A stretch of 63,990 nucleotides of DNA, the filler included, from Octopus bimaculoides (taxonomy: Eukaryota): assembly GCF_001194135.2 (NCBI RefSeq). It is 7 parts of 7 records of this genome, joined end to end, with 100 filler letters (N's around TTAATTAATTAA, not from the genome) between each part and the next. Parts side by side here need not be neighbours in the genome. Positions count along the whole stretch, not along the records: positions 62,982 to 63,990 come from NW_026351215.1; 6 more parts are not named here. The stretch is one strand, 5' to 3'. The notes beneath the pieces are model-generated. The model was not told the origin of the DNA and did no database searches. It worked only from the letters and a program-made list of their open reading frames with translations. Positions 62,882 to 63,990 of this stretch are shown here, in pieces (the first letter of the stretch is position 1; each line of letters begins with the position of its first letter). Position numbers and translations under genes: made by a program.

Positions 62882-62981
62882 NNNNNNNNNNNNNNNNNNN
62901 NNNNNNNNNNNNNNNNNNNNNNNNNTTAATTAATTAANNNNNNNNNNNNNNNNNNNNNNNNNNNNNNNNNNNNNNNNNNNN
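62882..62981. other. Artificial 100-bp scaffold spacer
   Basis: N44-TTAATTAATTAA-N44. Confidence 0.95.
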
Positions 62982-63016
<35 letters not shown>

Positions 63017-63404
63017 GTGCTAATTTGTGGACATGCATAAATTACATTCCTGTACACACACACACACATCTTGCCTTTTATATATATACGGATATAGCAT
63101 TTGCAAGTGGAGAGAGCTTTCATCACTAGCTTGTGATTATCTCACACTGAGGATGGGTAACCACCTAAAAACCTATGGTCTGAGAGTATCCCGTAAAGCT
63201 AGAGATAGGAGCAATGACCTCCTTTGCAAACTGCTATATGGGCACAAAATGTGTGTCAATAGCCAACTGGGAAAGATGTTTTCATGAGTTGGCCCCAGGA
63301 AACAGCAGTAACATCATCCTTTATAGGACTGCCACATATAAACATTACTATTCAATACTGTTACTGTATATATATATCACTCAGAGATTTAAAACTAATA
63401 TATG

Positions 63405-63635
<231 letters not shown>

Positions 63636-63959
63636 ATTCTCATTGTGGTGAGTTTTTTTTTTTTTGTTATTCGTAAGTACCACCTACCACCAGAATTTAA
63701 TTATTTGATTGGTGGAAAGTATTGTACATGTTTAAGATAGATTCGAACACATAGTAATTATTAAGAGTAATCTTCCATAATGCTTTATGAATATGAACCC
63801 AGTAACTTAAAGCTGATGTAGAGTGCAGAGATGTATGTTGTAATCCATTATTAAAGCCTATTAACTTCCATCCTTGTGTTATATCATTATTATTACATTA
63901 TTATATATATATATATATGTGTATATATATTTATATATGCATATATATATATATATCAT

Positions 63960-63990
<31 letters not shown>

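Noticed and set aside
63027-63287. 86-aa ORF
   Set aside because: No recognisable domain or splice context, and it starts within a microsatellite.

Overview
AT-rich, microsatellite-dense, intron-containing animal genomic DNA. The repeat landscape suggests an octopus/coleoid cephalopod draft assembly (inference). Six identical 100-bp spacers (N44-TTAATTAATTAA-N44) split the window into seven segments that may not be physically adjacent. Host-gene content is small: four 3' exons of a SUPT7L (STAF65-gamma, SAGA subunit) homologue (49661-53371, +), an apparently intronless SLC17/sialin-family transporter pseudogene with one nonsense and two frameshift lesions (19692-21179, -), an orphan first exon with promoter motifs (46560) and a candidate 27-nt micro-exon (17077). 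The rest is mobile DNA: Tc1 and two mariner relics, a young-looking Gypsy pol plus LTR, RTE and other LINE relics, tRNA-derived SINEs, several MITEs (hAT-, Harbinger- and Merlin-like) and many Penelope-like element (PLE) pieces. The most interesting signals are minimal hammerhead-ribozyme (HHR) motifs. One PLE terminal repeat fuses a tRNA-like Pol III head to an HHR (26694-26897; rearranged second copy at 12917-13075). An unrelated HHR sits in a 67-bp unit arranged as a perfect fold-back plus tandem array (23457-23633). No rRNA, intact tRNA or CRISPR array was found. Nearly all other listed ORFs are microsatellite or N-gap artefacts.
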